64,000 nt of DNA from contig JBJBEO010000001.1 of NCBI GenBank assembly GCA_047284725.1, positions 160,001 to 224,000 of the forward strand. Direction: 5' to 3'. Shown in pieces: positions 1 to 10,530 of this stretch; position 1 is the stretch's first letter; every line of letters starts with the position of its first letter. The notes below the pieces were generated by a model. The model was not told where the DNA came from. It saw only the letters and a list, made by a program, of their open reading frames with translations, and made no database searches. This DNA comes from Synechococcus sp. Lineage in GTDB: Bacteria; Cyanobacteriota; Cyanobacteriia; PCC-6307; Cyanobiaceae. Both the position numbers and the translations under genes were made by a program.

Positions 1-556
1 CGCTGCAGTCCAGCAATTGCTCCTGGCACTGCACCATGGCGGCCAGGGCTTGATCGTCCGGGTGATCCCATCCGAGCAGGTGAAGGAAGCCATGGCTCAC
101 CAGCCAGCGCAGCTCCCTGAGCAGCCCATGGCCATGCTCGATGGCCTGACGCCGTGCTGTCGGCACCGATACAATGATGTCCCCCAGCTCCAGGCATGGG
201 TCGTCGGTCAGGGGCGGTGCAGCGTCGAGAGCGGCAAACGAGAGCACGTCGGTGGGTTGATCCTTCTGGCGCCAGCTGCCATTCAGCTCAGCAATGGTGG
301 CGTCATCGGTGAGCTGCAGCCCCAGACTGAAGCTGCGGGCGTTCAGTGCCGGAGCGGGGCAGCTGAGGGCGTGGTGGCTCTGGATCGTCTGCAGCCACAG
401 CCGCAACTCATCGGCCCAGCCCGTGGGGTCGATCAGGCGTGCCTGGAGGGCGGCGGAGTCGGTGGTGTCACCCACCGCTGCAGGGGCTGGGTCGAAGGCG
501 AGATCCAGCGCGAGCGTGGCTGTGGCCGGGGGTGACGCGTCGCTGCGGTTGGTCAT
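1..556 (-). CDS. ybeY: rRNA maturation RNase YbeY (3' end runs off the window)
   Basis: Not in the ORF track; translated manually from ATG at 556 (MTNRSDASPP...). Ends ...ELRWLVSHGFLHLLGWDHPDD...EQLLDCS, which contains the YbeY H-G-x-L-H-L-x-G-x-D-H metal-binding motif. Confidence 0.9.
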   Translation of the reverse strand, partial: MTNRSDASPPATATLALDLAFDPAPAAVGDTTDSAALQARLIDPTGWADELRLWLQTIQSHHALSCPAPALNARSFSLGLQLTDDATIAELNGSWRQKDQPTDVLSFAALDAAPPLTDDPCLELGDIIVSVPTARRQAIEHGHGLLRELRWLVSHGFLHLLGWDHPDDQALAAMVQCQEQLLDCS

Positions 557-738
557 TGCGGCAGGGTCGGTCTGCCGAGCCAGGCCACCAGCACGATGAA
601 GCCGAGGAAGCCCATCGCTGTCAGGCCGAAGTGCAACAGGCTTTTGCGGCCTTTGCGCACCATGTTGCGCATCGCCTGCTTCACAAAGCTCGGCGGTGGC
701 GTGGTGGTGTCTGATGCAGGCGGGGTGGTGTCGCTCAT
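553..738 (-). CDS. DUF3285-like small membrane protein
   Basis: 61 aa, PPSFVKQAMRNMVRKGRKSLLHFGLT followed by one TM segment. Sits between prfB and ybeY with an ATGA overlap to ybeY. Confidence 0.8.
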   Translation of the reverse strand: MSDTTPPASDTTTPPPSFVKQAMRNMVRKGRKSLLHFGLTAMGFLGFIVLVAWLGRPTLPQ

Positions 739-741
739 GGA

Positions 742-1870
742 TCAAGCCTCATCGTCGCGGCCGGGGCTGTCGACACCCTGGCGCAGCAGTGCCTGGATGA
801 AGGGATCGAGATCCCCATCCATCACGCCCTGCACATCGGTGGTCTCCTCCTGCGTGCGCAGATCCTTGACCATCTGGTAAGGATGGAACACGTAGTTGCG
901 GATCTGATTGCCCCAGGCGGCTTCCACGATGTCGCCGCGGATATCGGCAATTTCCGCAGCCCGCTGCTCCTGGGCGATCACCAGCAGCTTGGCCTTGAGC
1001 AGGGCCATCGCTTTTTCCTTGTTCTGCAGCTGGGAACGCTCCTGGGTGCAGCGCACGGCCAGACCGGTGGGGATGTGCAGGATCCGCACAGCCGTTTCCA
1101 CCTTGTTCACGTTCTGACCACCCGCACCGCCGGAGCGGCTGGTGGTCACCTCCAGATCCTTTTCGGGGATGTCGATATCGACTTCCTCCTCCAGTTTCGG
1201 CATCACCTCCACGCCCGCAAAGCTGGTCTGGCGCTTGTCGTTGGCGTTGAAGGGGGAGATGCGCACCAGCCGGTGGGTGCCCTTCTCATTGCGCAGGTAG
1301 CCGTAGGCATAGCGCCCTTCGATTTCAATCGTGGCGCTCTTGATGCCGGCTTCCTCACCCTCGGAGAGTTCGTCCACGCTCACCTTCATGCCGTGGTCTT
1401 CGGCCCAGCGGGTGTACATGCGCAGCAGCATCTGGGCCCAGTCCTGGGCGTCGGTGCCGCCGGCACCGGCATTGATGGAGAGCACAACGCCCTCCTTGTC
1501 GTACTCGCCACTGAGCAGCCGTTCCAGTTCCCACCGGTCGAGGTCGCTGCGCAGCTGGTCGAGTCCGCCCTGGGCTTCGCCCAGCATCTCGTCATCGGGC
1601 TCCAAGGCGTAGAGCTCGAGGGTGGCGTCCGCGTCGTCAACGGCACTGCGCCACTGCGCCAGTTGTTCCAACTGGGCTTTCACCTCGTCGAGGCGACGCA
1701 TCTGTTTCTGAGCGTTCTGCTGGTCGTCCCAGAAATCAGGTTGTGCAGCGAGTTGTTCGAGATCCTGCTGTCTGGCTTTCAGTGCAGGAACGTCAAAGAC
1801 AGTCCTGGGCATTGCCCAGGCGGTCAGTGAGCTCGGAGAGGTCGCGCTTGAAGTCGGTGAGGTCGAGCAA
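742..1870 (-). CDS. prfB: Peptide chain release factor 2, with programmed +1 frameshift at CTT TGA C (1798-1792)
   Basis: TTG at 1870 gives [25 protein letters not shown], then TGA. The +1 frame continues DVPALK... and contains the SPF and GGQ motifs. Confidence 0.97.
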
Positions 1871-1949
1871 CGGAGGGTTGATCTGTTGGATCGACGCTAT
1901 CAGCGTGGTCGGCCTGCATAGGATCGCCGCTTCGCTGCATTCAGCTCCC

Positions 1950-2210
1950 ATGGCCAAGGTTGAGATCTACACCTGGAGCACCTGTCCGTTCTGCGTCCGG
2001 GCCAAGGGGCTGCTGGATCGCAAGGGTGTGGCCTACACCGAACACAGCGTCGATGGCGACGAACCAGGCCGTGATGCGATGGCTGCCCGCGGCGATGGAC
2101 GTCGGAGCGTGCCTCAGGTGTTCATCAACGACAGCCATGTCGGTGGCTGTGATGATCTCCATGCCCTGGAGCGCTCTGGAGAGCTCGATGCCCTGCTGGC
2201 CCAGAGCTGA
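1950..2210 (+). CDS. grxC: Glutaredoxin 3
   Basis: MAKVEIYTWSTCPFCVRAK...SVPQVFIN...GGCDDL, with the CPFC active site. Confidence 0.95.
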   Translation: MAKVEIYTWSTCPFCVRAKGLLDRKGVAYTEHSVDGDEPGRDAMAARGDGRRSVPQVFINDSHVGGCDDLHALERSGELDALLAQS

Positions 2211-2219
2211 GGGCCTGTG

Positions 2220-3143
2220 ATGCGTCAGTTGTTTGTGATGGATCCGCTGGAGCGGATCAACCCGGCCAAGGACTCCACCGCCGCACTGATGCAGGCCGCA
2301 CAACGGGCCGGCCATGAGGTGTGGGCCTCAACGCCTTCGGATCTGATCGCTCTTGGTGACGAGCCGCTCGCCGTTGCCGTGCCTGTTCAGGCGGAACCCT
2401 GGCTCACGCTCGGGGCCCCCAAGCGCCAGCAGCTCCACAGCTTTGATGCGATCTGGATGCGCAAGGACCCGCCCGTTGATGAGGCGTACCTCTACGCCAC
2501 GCACCTGCTGGAGGTGGCGGAGCGTGCCGGAGCCTTGGTGCTCAATCGCCCGTCGTCGCTGCGCAGTTGGAACGAGAAGCTGGGCGCCCTGCGCTTCAGC
2601 CGTTGGATGGCTCCCACCCTGGTGGCGGGACGCATCTCGGAATTGGAGGCCTTCGCCCATGAGCAGGGTGAGGTGGTGCTCAAGCCCCTGGGGGGGCGTG
2701 CAGGCCTCGGGGTGGTGCGCGTCTCGGCGCAGGCACCGGGTCTGGGGGCCCTGCTGGAACTCGTCACCGAGCAGGGCCGTTTGCCGGTGATGGCTCAGCG
2801 TTTTCTCCCCTCGGTCACCGATGGTGACAAGCGCATCCTGTTGGTGGATGGAGAACCGCTGGGGGCTGTGAACCGGAAGCCCAGGCAAGGGGAGTTCCGC
2901 AGCAACCTGGCGGTGGGGGGGCATCCAGAAGCCACTGAGCTCAGCGAGCGTGAACGTCAGATCTGCGCGGCTCTGGCCCCGGCCCTGCGGGCGGAGGGGC
3001 TGTTCTTCGTGGGCATCGATGTGATCGGCGGCATGCTCAGTGAGATCAATGTCACCAGTCCCACCGGCATCCGCGAGGTGGAGCGGTTGATGGCGGAACC
3101 CTTAGCGGATCGGGTGATCGAGCGCCTGGTGGCCCTGCGCTGA
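2220..3143 (+). CDS. gshB: Glutathione synthetase
   Basis: [27 protein letters not shown] and EINVTSPTG motifs; directly follows grxC. Confidence 0.96.
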   Translation: MRQLFVMDPLERINPAKDSTAALMQAAQRAGHEVWASTPSDLIALGDEPLAVAVPVQAEPWLTLGAPKRQQLHSFDAIWMRKDPPVDEAYLYATHLLEVAERAGALVLNRPSSLRSWNEKLGALRFSRWMAPTLVAGRISELEAFAHEQGEVVLKPLGGRAGLGVVRVSAQAPGLGALLELVTEQGRLPVMAQRFLPSVTDGDKRILLVDGEPLGAVNRKPRQGEFRSNLAVGGHPEATELSERERQICAALAPALRAEGLFFVGIDVIGGMLSEINVTSPTGIREVERLMAEPLADRVIERLVALR

Positions 3144-4574
3144 CTGCAGGTCGAGCTGATCAGCGAGCACGGCGAGTTTCAGGGCCACCTCCTGAAGCTC
3201 CCGGTCGGGCATCGAGCCGCGGACCAGACCGGCACCGGCGGTGAGATCGAGGCGGTGGCCGCGGGCATGGCCGCAGCGGATCGCCACCCTCAGTTCCGCA
3301 TCGCCGGCGCTGTCGATCCAGCCCACGGGTGCGGCGTAGCCGCCGCGTTCGAACGGTTCGAGGCTTCGCAGCCAGGTCATGGCGTCCCGTCGGGGAAGAC
3401 CGGCCACGGCCGGTGTGGGATGGAGAACGCCGGCCAGGCCGAGGGGTGGATGGTGGTGGGCTGCGGCTGTGATCGGCGTGTGCAGATGCACCAGATGTCC
3501 GTGTCGGGCCAGTTGCGGGCGCCGCGGACGCCTGGGGGTCAGCCCCTGCTCCTGCAGATGCTGTGTGATGGTCTGCACCACCAGCTCATGTTCCCTGCGG
3601 TCCTTGTCGGACTGCAGCAGGGCATCGCCTGATTCCCCCTGGCCGGCGGTGCCGGCCAGGGCATCGCAGCGCAGCTGGCCACTGCGCATGCTCAGCAACC
3701 GTTCGGGCGACGCCCCGAAGAAGACGTCATCGCTGTCGCGCTGCCAGAGAAAGCGACAGCTGCCCGCCTGCTGCTGACGCAGGCGGTTCAGGAGGGGCAG
3801 AGGGTTCAGAGGGTGCTGGAGGGCAATGCTCTGGCGGACGGCCAGCACCAGTTTGTGCAGGTCTCCCTGATTCACGAGTTCGATGCCCCGCTCCAGCGCC
3901 GGTGCGTAGCACTCCTGCCAGGGCATGGCGCTGCTCACCGCTCCGGCAGGGCTTCGCCAGGTCGTGGGGTCGGACGGGTGGGCGTGGGTCTGAAGCCGCT
4001 CACTCAGCCCCCAGAGCGCTTCCACGAGTTCCCGGACATCGCTGCTCTGGCTTGCCATGCCATGGACGCGCAGCCAGCCCTGTCGTCCCTGACGACTCAG
4101 CTGCCAGCGGGGCAGCACCGCCTGAACCGATGGCACGGCATCCGCGGATGCGGCGGGACTGGACCGCTGCTCACCGGGGTGGGCGAAGAAGGAAAAGGCC
4201 AGAAGCACCCGGCTGCGCGCCTGGGCCGGCGCCTCGGGACTGGCATCAATCAGCCGGGCCAGCGTCGCATCGCTGAAGCGCTGGGCCAGTTCAAACCGTC
4301 GGGGGCCGGCCAGGTCGAGGTGATGGCAGCGCCCGCTGGCGGCGAGGCTCAGCCCCGGTGCGCTGTCCCACAGAAACCGGAATGCCTGGCCGGCGTCCAG
4401 CAGGGACATCTGATGCAGGGGGTCGATGCCGGGCAGGGGCACGGCGATGGTGAAGACCCCGTCCTCGCCCTGGTGTTTCTCCCAGGTGCGCAACGCGGCG
4501 GCCAGCACATCCGCGAAGCGGACGTTGGCCGAATTGGAGGCGGAGGCAGCCAGCATCCGTCGTGGATGAGACAT
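3102..4574 (-). CDS. menF: Isochorismate synthase
   Basis: [31 protein letters not shown] and AGAGLV chorismate-binding motifs; lies in the men cluster. Start uncertain. Confidence 0.9.
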   Translation of the reverse strand: MSHPRRMLAASASNSANVRFADVLAAALRTWEKHQGEDGVFTIAVPLPGIDPLHQMSLLDAGQAFRFLWDSAPGLSLAASGRCHHLDLAGPRRFELAQRFSDATLARLIDASPEAPAQARSRVLLAFSFFAHPGEQRSSPAASADAVPSVQAVLPRWQLSRQGRQGWLRVHGMASQSSDVRELVEALWGLSERLQTHAHPSDPTTWRSPAGAVSSAMPWQECYAPALERGIELVNQGDLHKLVLAVRQSIALQHPLNPLPLLNRLRQQQAGSCRFLWQRDSDDVFFGASPERLLSMRSGQLRCDALAGTAGQGESGDALLQSDKDRREHELVVQTITQHLQEQGLTPRRPRRPQLARHGHLVHLHTPITAAAHHHPPLGLAGVLHPTPAVAGLPRRDAMTWLRSLEPFERGGYAAPVGWIDSAGDAELRVAIRCGHARGHRLDLTAGAGLVRGSMPDRELQEVALKLAVLADQLDLQSAQGHQALDHPIR

Positions 4575-4624
4575 CGTGCTGCTCAAATGTATGGGCCTTC
4601 CTTCGGGCTGTAGGGCTTGAATCC

Positions 4625-5611
4625 ATGCCAGAACCGCAGGCTGTTGCATCCCTTCACGCCCCGCGCCTTGATCGGAGGCGTCTCTGGAAGGCCGCGATCA
4701 AGTGGCCGATGTACTCCGTGGCCGTGATGCCCGTGCTGCTCGCAGCCGGCTGGCGCCTGATGGCGGGAGTTCCCGTTCGCTGGGATCAGGGGATGGGTTT
4801 CCTTCTGGCGGCCGTGTTGCTGCTGCTGTGGGAGAACCTCAGCAACGATCTCTTTGATGCCGACACCGGTGTCGATGCCATCGGCAAGCCCCATTCCGTC
4901 GTGGCACTGCTGGGTCGCAAGCGGCCCGTGCGGCTGCTGGCCTGGCTGGCACTGGCCCTCGGGCTCCTGCTGATCCTGATGCTGGCGTTGCGCAGCAGCC
5001 TGGCGGTGCTCGCCCTGGTGGGCGTCAGCTGCGTGATCGGCTACCTCTATCAGGGGCCGCCGTTTCGCCTTGGCTACCTGGGCCTGGGAGAGCCCTTGTG
5101 TTGGCTGGCCTTCGGTCCGTTCGCCACCGCCGCAGCGCTGCTGGTGCTGGCCCCTGCCCCATCCTCTGACCCTTCGACCGTGATCCCCTGGGCCGTGGCC
5201 CTCAGGTTGGGGTCCGGCCCGGCCCTGGCCACCAGCCTGGTGCTGTTCTGTTCCCATTTCCATCAGGTGGAGGAGGACGCGGCCCACGGCAAGCGGTCCC
5301 CTGTGGTGCGGTTGGGCACGGCCAGGGCCGCGGCGATGATTCCTTGGTTGGTGGCTGGCACCTTGGCTTTGGAGTGGATGCCGGTGCTCCAGGGCCACTG
5401 GCCCCCTTCCGCCCTGGCTGGCGTTCTCGGCCTCCCGGCCGGGGCGGCACTGATGCGGCTGCTGCGTCACCACCACCACCAACCAGAGCGCATTCAGCAC
5501 AGCAAATTTCTGGCCCTCCGCTTTCAGGCCTTGAACGGTCTTGGCCTCAGTGCTGGTCTGGCGCTGGCTCCTCTGCTGGGATGGACGTCGACGTCACAGC
5601 TGGCGGGGTGA
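4625..5611 (+). CDS. menA: 1,4-dihydroxy-2-naphthoate phytyltransferase
   Basis: LWKAAIKWPMYSVA, NDLFDADTGVD and YQGPPFRLGY motifs; UbiA-family TM pattern. Confidence 0.93.
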   Translation: MPEPQAVASLHAPRLDRRRLWKAAIKWPMYSVAVMPVLLAAGWRLMAGVPVRWDQGMGFLLAAVLLLLWENLSNDLFDADTGVDAIGKPHSVVALLGRKRPVRLLAWLALALGLLLILMLALRSSLAVLALVGVSCVIGYLYQGPPFRLGYLGLGEPLCWLAFGPFATAAALLVLAPAPSSDPSTVIPWAVALRLGSGPALATSLVLFCSHFHQVEEDAAHGKRSPVVRLGTARAAAMIPWLVAGTLALEWMPVLQGHWPPSALAGVLGLPAGAALMRLLRHHHHQPERIQHSKFLALRFQALNGLGLSAGLALAPLLGWTSTSQLAG

Positions 5612-6609
5612 TGACGAACATGGGTCTGAGGCTCGACATCAGGCCCTATGCCTTTGCGCTCACCCGCCCTCTGCAGACCGCGGCTGGAGCCTGGCAGCAG
5701 CGACGGGGCTGGTTGCTGCGCATCCAAGACGGCTGCGGTCGTTGTGGTTGGGGCGAAGTGTCACCGCTCACACCGCAGCGGCATGGGCGTTGCGGCCGTT
5801 GGTTGACCGAGCAGAGGAACGGCGCAGCCGCGTTGGCGTCTGTCGATGCGGTGGAGCAGCTGTTGGAGGGCAGTCCTGCCGAAGTGGCGTTTGGCTTGGG
5901 GGCGGCCCTGGCGGAGCTGCAGGGGCTGGTGGTCGCCGACGGCGACGATGCCTGGTTGGCGGCCCCCGCGTCGGCGCGGTTGCTGCCGGCGGGCCAGGCG
6001 ATGCCGGAGGCTCTCGACCAGTTGCTGGCGCAGGCCTCAGCCCAGGCCCCTTTGACGGTGAAATGGAAGGTGGCGGCTGGGTCGGTGGCCGAGGAGGAGG
6101 AACTGTTGGCTCAGCTGCTGGCGGCGCTGCCCCCCTGGGCTCGGCTGCGTCTGGATGCCAATGGCGGCTGGGGGATGGACGAGGCCCAGCGCTGGGCCGT
6201 CCGTCTCCAGCGAGAACCGCGCCTGGAGTGGCTGGAGCAGCCGCTGTCTCCCGGCGACCTGGCAGGGCATCAGCAGCTCCTGAGTGCGGTGCCGGTGGCG
6301 CTTGACGAGAGCTTGCGGGATCACCCCGAATGGCGCGGTGTCTGGATGGGGTGGCAGGTGCGCAGGCCGGTGCTGGAAGGTGATCCCCGTCCCCTGTTGC
6401 GGCAGTTGCAGCAAGGGGTGCCTCGCTTGATGCTCAGCACCGCCTTTGAAACGGGGATCGGAGCTCGGTGGCTGGCCCATCTGTCGGCGTTGCAGCAGCG
6501 GGGACCCACGCCGGCGGCCCCTGGCTTGGCACCAGGGTGGTGCCCACAGGGAGCGCTCTGGAGTCCTGAGCCTGAGCAGGTGTGGGCGGCGGCGGAGGTG
6601 ATGGCATGA
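5611..6609 (+). CDS. menC: o-succinylbenzoate synthase
   Basis: Enolase-superfamily KWK, RLDANGGW, EQP and DES motifs; start overlaps the menA stop. Confidence 0.88.
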   Translation: MTNMGLRLDIRPYAFALTRPLQTAAGAWQQRRGWLLRIQDGCGRCGWGEVSPLTPQRHGRCGRWLTEQRNGAAALASVDAVEQLLEGSPAEVAFGLGAALAELQGLVVADGDDAWLAAPASARLLPAGQAMPEALDQLLAQASAQAPLTVKWKVAAGSVAEEEELLAQLLAALPPWARLRLDANGGWGMDEAQRWAVRLQREPRLEWLEQPLSPGDLAGHQQLLSAVPVALDESLRDHPEWRGVWMGWQVRRPVLEGDPRPLLRQLQQGVPRLMLSTAFETGIGARWLAHLSALQQRGPTPAAPGLAPGWCPQGALWSPEPEQVWAAAEVMA

Positions 6610-7859
6610 CGGCTCTCTCGGGGCCTGAGGGTGATGCCCAGCTGCTGCAACGGCTTGAGCAGGCGTTGGTCAGCGGCGAATGGCTGTGGTTGGTGTCTGC
6701 CCGGGGTGGGGAGAGCAACGATGGCCTGCCCTCTCCACCTCCTCATCGGCTGGTGGAGGGCCGTCCCGGCGGTGTGGTTGTGGCGAGCGGGGGCAGTCAG
6801 GGAGGCCGCAGTTGGTGTGCCCAGCCCTGGGATCACCTCGATCGTTCCGCCTCCGCCTGTGGCCGTTGGCTGGAGGCTCTGGACTTTGATCCGGCCCAGA
6901 CGCTGCTGCTCAACCCCCTGCCGGCTGATCACATCAGTGGATTGATGCCGCTGTGGCGCAGTCGGCTGTGGGGCTCTGAGCACCGGCGGCTCTCTGCCAC
7001 GTTGATGAAACAGCCCCAGGCCTTGCGAGCGGCCTGTCAGCGCTGGCCCAGTTGGGGACGGAAGCCCGCCGTGGTGTCGCTGGTGCCCACCCAGTTGAAG
7101 CGGCTGATGGACCACCCCGATGGGGTGGCCTGGCTGCAGCAGTTGGCGCTGGTGTGGGTCGGCGGTGCGGGGCTGTCGTCGTCGTTGGCGGCGCGGGCGC
7201 GCAGCCAGGGGTTGCCCCTGTCGCCCTGTTATGGCTCCACGGAAACGGCAGCGATGGTGGCCGCTCAGACGCCTGGCCGATTTCTTCAGGGAGAAGACGG
7301 GTGTGGCAGGGCGTTGGACGACGTGGAGCTGGCGGTCGATGCCGATGGTGTGTTGAGGGTGCGCACGGCACGGCTGGCCCTCGCCCGTTGGCGCCATGGA
7401 GGCGGAGGGTGGGCACCACTGACGGATGCGGAAGGTTGGTGGCAGACCGGGGATGCCGCTGTGCTCACCGCAGGCGCCGCAGGCGATTCCTGTCTGGAGA
7501 TCCAGGGGCGGATGGATGGCGCCATTCATTCCGGTGGCGAGACCGTGTTCCCTGAGCAGCTGGCGCAGCGGTTGATGCGCCAGGCCCATGGGGTGGGGCT
7601 GCCCCTGGAGGCGGTGTTGTTTCTACCCGTGGAAAGTGAGGAGTGGGGGCAGAGACTCGTGGCGCTGGTGAAACAGCAGCACCAGGGGGTTGATGCGATG
7701 CCATGGCCTCAGCTGCAGGCAGCGTTGGCTCGCCTCAGCCAGCCATGGCGTGCCGCCGAACGCCCCGAGACCTGGTACCGCTGTCAGGAACTGGAGGCCA
7801 CCGCTGCAGGCAAGTGGCAGCTGGCCCGTTGGCAAGCCTGGCTCACCCTGCAAAACTAA
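6606..7859 (+). CDS. menE: o-succinylbenzoate-CoA ligase
   Basis: AMP-binding family motifs SGGSQG, SLVPTQL, YGSTET, TGD and GRMDGAIHSGGE; ATGA overlap with menC. Confidence 0.88.
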   Translation: MTALSGPEGDAQLLQRLEQALVSGEWLWLVSARGGESNDGLPSPPPHRLVEGRPGGVVVASGGSQGGRSWCAQPWDHLDRSASACGRWLEALDFDPAQTLLLNPLPADHISGLMPLWRSRLWGSEHRRLSATLMKQPQALRAACQRWPSWGRKPAVVSLVPTQLKRLMDHPDGVAWLQQLALVWVGGAGLSSSLAARARSQGLPLSPCYGSTETAAMVAAQTPGRFLQGEDGCGRALDDVELAVDADGVLRVRTARLALARWRHGGGGWAPLTDAEGWWQTGDAAVLTAGAAGDSCLEIQGRMDGAIHSGGETVFPEQLAQRLMRQAHGVGLPLEAVLFLPVESEEWGQRLVALVKQQHQGVDAMPWPQLQAALARLSQPWRAAERPETWYRCQELEATAAGKWQLARWQAWLTLQN

Positions 7860-7879
7860 GCAGGATTCAATGTCTGCTT

Positions 7880-8158
7880 ATGACTTCGCTCAGTGATTCC
7901 GAGATCAGCAATAAGAAAACAGCTGCTGGTTTGCTGGGCATCTTTTTTGGAGCGTTTGGCGTCCATAAATTTGTGCTTGGCTACAACAATGCCGGCATCA
8001 TCATGCTTGCCGTCGGCCTTGCCGGCGGGGTTGTGACCTGTGGAGCCGCCACCGGTGTGATGTCTGTGATCGGGATGATTGAGGGCATCATTTATCTCAC
8101 GAAGTCAAACGAAGAGTTTCGTGAGATGTATATCGACAATCAGAAAGAGTGGTTCTGA
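7880..8158 (+). CDS. TM2 domain (NINE-like) small membrane protein
   Basis: KKTAAGLLGIFFGAFGVHKFVLG is a typical TM2 signature; the protein ends IEGIIYLTKSNEEF...KEWF. Confidence 0.88.
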   Translation: MTSLSDSEISNKKTAAGLLGIFFGAFGVHKFVLGYNNAGIIMLAVGLAGGVVTCGAATGVMSVIGMIEGIIYLTKSNEEFREMYIDNQKEWF

Positions 8159-8349
8159 TGCGCAGATCGCCTTGGGTGCGATCGGTCTCCACGCCCCTCC
8201 TGGCGGCCTCAGCATGGCTGGCGCTCTCGTCCTTGTCGTTGCACTCGCACGGTGGATTTCATCCTGTCGTGGTCATCGCCTGCATGCTGCCGCTGCAGGC
8301 GGCGGCTCTGCTCTGGGCGTGCTGTCGTGCGCCGGAGCGTCTGCGTTGA
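8158..8349 (+). CDS. Small hypothetical membrane protein (two hydrophobic segments)
   Basis: TGATG coupling to the TM2 stop; 63 aa with two hydrophobic stretches. Confidence 0.5.
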   Translation: MRRSPWVRSVSTPLLAASAWLALSSLSLHSHGGFHPVVVIACMLPLQAAALLWACCRAPERLR

Positions 8350-8376
8350 GGCTTGAGCGGATCGCGAGGGACAGCA

Positions 8377-8835
8377 CTAGAGGCTTGCGATCGTCCCCAG
8401 GCAGGACGCCTCAAGCCAGCGGTCAATCGCCTCAGGCAGTGCACAGCGCTGGTGGGAACTGGCGTGGACGGCGAGGTGGCGAATCAGGCCCTGAGCTACC
8501 TCCTCGCTGTTGTGGTGAAAGGTGCACCGCACTTCAAAGCTGCCGGGGTTGAGCCGCGTCGGTTGGACTGTCACCTCGAGGTGATCGCCGCCATGCACGG
8601 GTCGGCGGAACGTCGCTTCGCAGTGCACCACGGGCAGGGCAACGGTGGGTGGTTGTTGTTGGCCGCGGCTGCCTGGAAACACCCTGGATGTGGTGAGGCC
8701 GTACTGCTCGAGGCTCTCCTCCCAGGCTTCATGGCTCCAGCGCAGGAGCTGGTGAAAATGCATCACGCCGGCGGCATCGGTGTCGCCGAAGCGAACCGTG
8801 CGTTTGAGTTGGAGCCAGTGGTCAGGGGTGGGCAC
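8377..8835 (-). CDS. 1,4-dihydroxy-2-naphthoyl-CoA thioesterase (4HBT/hotdog family)
   Basis: RTVRFGDTDAAGVMHF...HEAWEESL...LPVVHCEATF; adjacent to the men genes. Confidence 0.85.
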   Translation of the reverse strand: MPTPDHWLQLKRTVRFGDTDAAGVMHFHQLLRWSHEAWEESLEQYGLTTSRVFPGSRGQQQPPTVALPVVHCEATFRRPVHGGDHLEVTVQPTRLNPGSFEVRCTFHHNSEEVAQGLIRHLAVHASSHQRCALPEAIDRWLEASCLGTIASL

Positions 8836-8922
8836 GATCGGTCGGGCAGGGCGAGGGAGAAGGCGATGGCAGTCTCGTCGGTGAGCAGTGTTTCATCGTG
8901 GTGCTGCAAACGCCTGCGACGT

Positions 8923-10530
8923 TCAGGGTTGGCTCTTTCGTGCTTCCGTGCTGTTGAGAAATTCTGGGAATCGATCACCGTTGAAGAGAGCTGGCGCCGC
9001 TGATGAATACGCTGCCGCAATTTGCATCGCCGTGATGTCGTCGTAAGTGGTCGTGCAGATTTGCAGGCCGGTCGGGATCTGATTGCGATTCAGTCCAGTG
9101 GGAACGGAAACAACGGGATTCCAGTTGAGAAGATTCCAGAGCGCCGTCAGAATCCACCCCACATTGGGTTCAACAACGGTTCCGTTGATCGTGATGGCGT
9201 CAGTGGTTGGGTCGAAGGCTGCAGGCACATCGCTGGTGGCCAGTGTGGGCATCAAAACAGCGCTGTAGCCCTTCAGAAATACAGCATCCTGAATCCGGGC
9301 ATACAGCCTGTTGATCATCTCCTCTGCCTGTTTGGCCTCAGCGGTCCCACGGTCTCCGGCCGCGATTTCAGCGAAATAACGTCCGTAGGTCGTGAGTTGT
9401 TCGCTGTAGGCATTGAGTTGCTTCAGATCTTCCCCGAATCCTCCACTCAATAAAGCGTTCACGAGTGCGGTACGCAGTTGTGGTCCATCGACCCCAAGGT
9501 TGAGGTCGATCTCCTCAATCACGGCGCCTTTGTTTTTGAGGACGCTGAGTGCATCACGGGTGTTGGCCTGCGTGTCTTCATCCACTTCGGCCCAGCTTTG
9601 ATTCATGCTGAAGGCGATCCGCATCCCTCGAATGGGTTGATAGCGGAGAGGCAATTCCAGCTTGGGTCGTAAGGCTGTTGCTGTGTAGGGGGCGGGACCG
9701 CTCATCACATTCTGGAGGCGGACCATGCCTTCGAATGTCCGTGCCATGGGACCTTCTGTGGAGGGCATCAGGAAGGTCGATCCCGGGGGTGGTGCATTGC
9801 GGCCATAAGGCGGTTTGAAGCCGTAGAGACCATTGAAGGCACAAGGGATCCGGGTTGATCCCCCCATGTCGGAACCAGTGGCCAGTGTGGTCATTCCCGC
9901 TGCAAGCGCGGCGCCGGAGCCGCCGGACGATCCCCCCACCGTGTAACGGAGATTCCACGGATTGCGTGTCACACCCCAGAGATCGGTCCAGGTGACGGCT
10001 GCAAAATACATTTCCGGAACCGTGGTCTGCAGATGCAGGACGGCACCGGCATCGCGAAGCTTGTCCACCGCTGGATGGTTGTTGGATGCCACGTTGTTTC
10101 GGAGAACCCGTGAGCCCGCCGTGGTGATCCATCCTTTGACGTCATATTCATCTTTCAGGGCAACGGTGATTCCTTCCAAAGGCCGGGCAGTTTTGTTGCG
10201 ATATCGCAATTCCGATTCTTTGGCGGCCTTCAGCGCCGATGGAAAGTGCGTGTACGTGCAGGCATTGACCAGGGGTTCAACCTCTTCAAAGCGTTTGATC
10301 TGGGCTTCCAGAACATCAACTGGGGAGAGCTCGAGGTTGCTGAAACGCCTGAGAAGCTCCCCCGTTGATATGTAAATCAAGAGTGTCGACGGCTTTGAAT
10401 GGCTGCCCTTCGATGCTGCAACAACATTGGGTTGTGCATAGGCATGTGAACGCAGGGCTGCCATGCCACCAGTGCCAGCGCTGGCGGCAATGAGTTGCAG
10501 GACCTGTCGTCGGCTCAGGGGCATCGCCAT
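8923..10530 (-). CDS. Amidase-signature family hydrolase with twin-arginine signal peptide
   Basis: Catalytic Lys in VALKDE, GGSSGGSGAALAAG, and GSDMGGSTRIP. N-terminus SRRQVLQLIAASAG...AYA. Start could be 10587, 10530 or 10524. Confidence 0.88.
   Translation of the reverse strand: MAMPLSRRQVLQLIAASAGTGGMAALRSHAYAQPNVVAASKGSHSKPSTLLIYISTGELLRRFSNLELSPVDVLEAQIKRFEEVEPLVNACTYTHFPSALKAAKESELRYRNKTARPLEGITVALKDEYDVKGWITTAGSRVLRNNVASNNHPAVDKLRDAGAVLHLQTTVPEMYFAAVTWTDLWGVTRNPWNLRYTVGGSSGGSGAALAAGMTTLATGSDMGGSTRIPCAFNGLYGFKPPYGRNAPPPGSTFLMPSTEGPMARTFEGMVRLQNVMSGPAPYTATALRPKLELPLRYQPIRGMRIAFSMNQSWAEVDEDTQANTRDALSVLKNKGAVIEEIDLNLGVDGPQLRTALVNALLSGGFGEDLKQLNAYSEQLTTYGRYFAEIAAGDRGTAEAKQAEEMINRLYARIQDAVFLKGYSAVLMPTLATSDVPAAFDPTTDAITINGTVVEPNVGWILTALWNLLNWNPVVSVPTGLNRNQIPTGLQICTTTYDDITAMQIAAAYSSAAPALFNGDRFPEFLNSTEARKSQP

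Noticed and set aside
1793..1812. prfB as a pseudogene or as an N-terminally truncated ORF starting at 1812
   Set aside because: Explained by the canonical programmed frameshift.
3102..3143. Convergent 3' overlaps (gshB/menF, and similarly AI-2E/cysC, metF/cugP, ydcF/plsC)
   Set aside because: Common in compact picocyanobacterial genomes; nothing specific here.
5468..5479. His4 run (CAC repeat) in menA
   Set aside because: Too short, and in a variable loop; no evidence of function.
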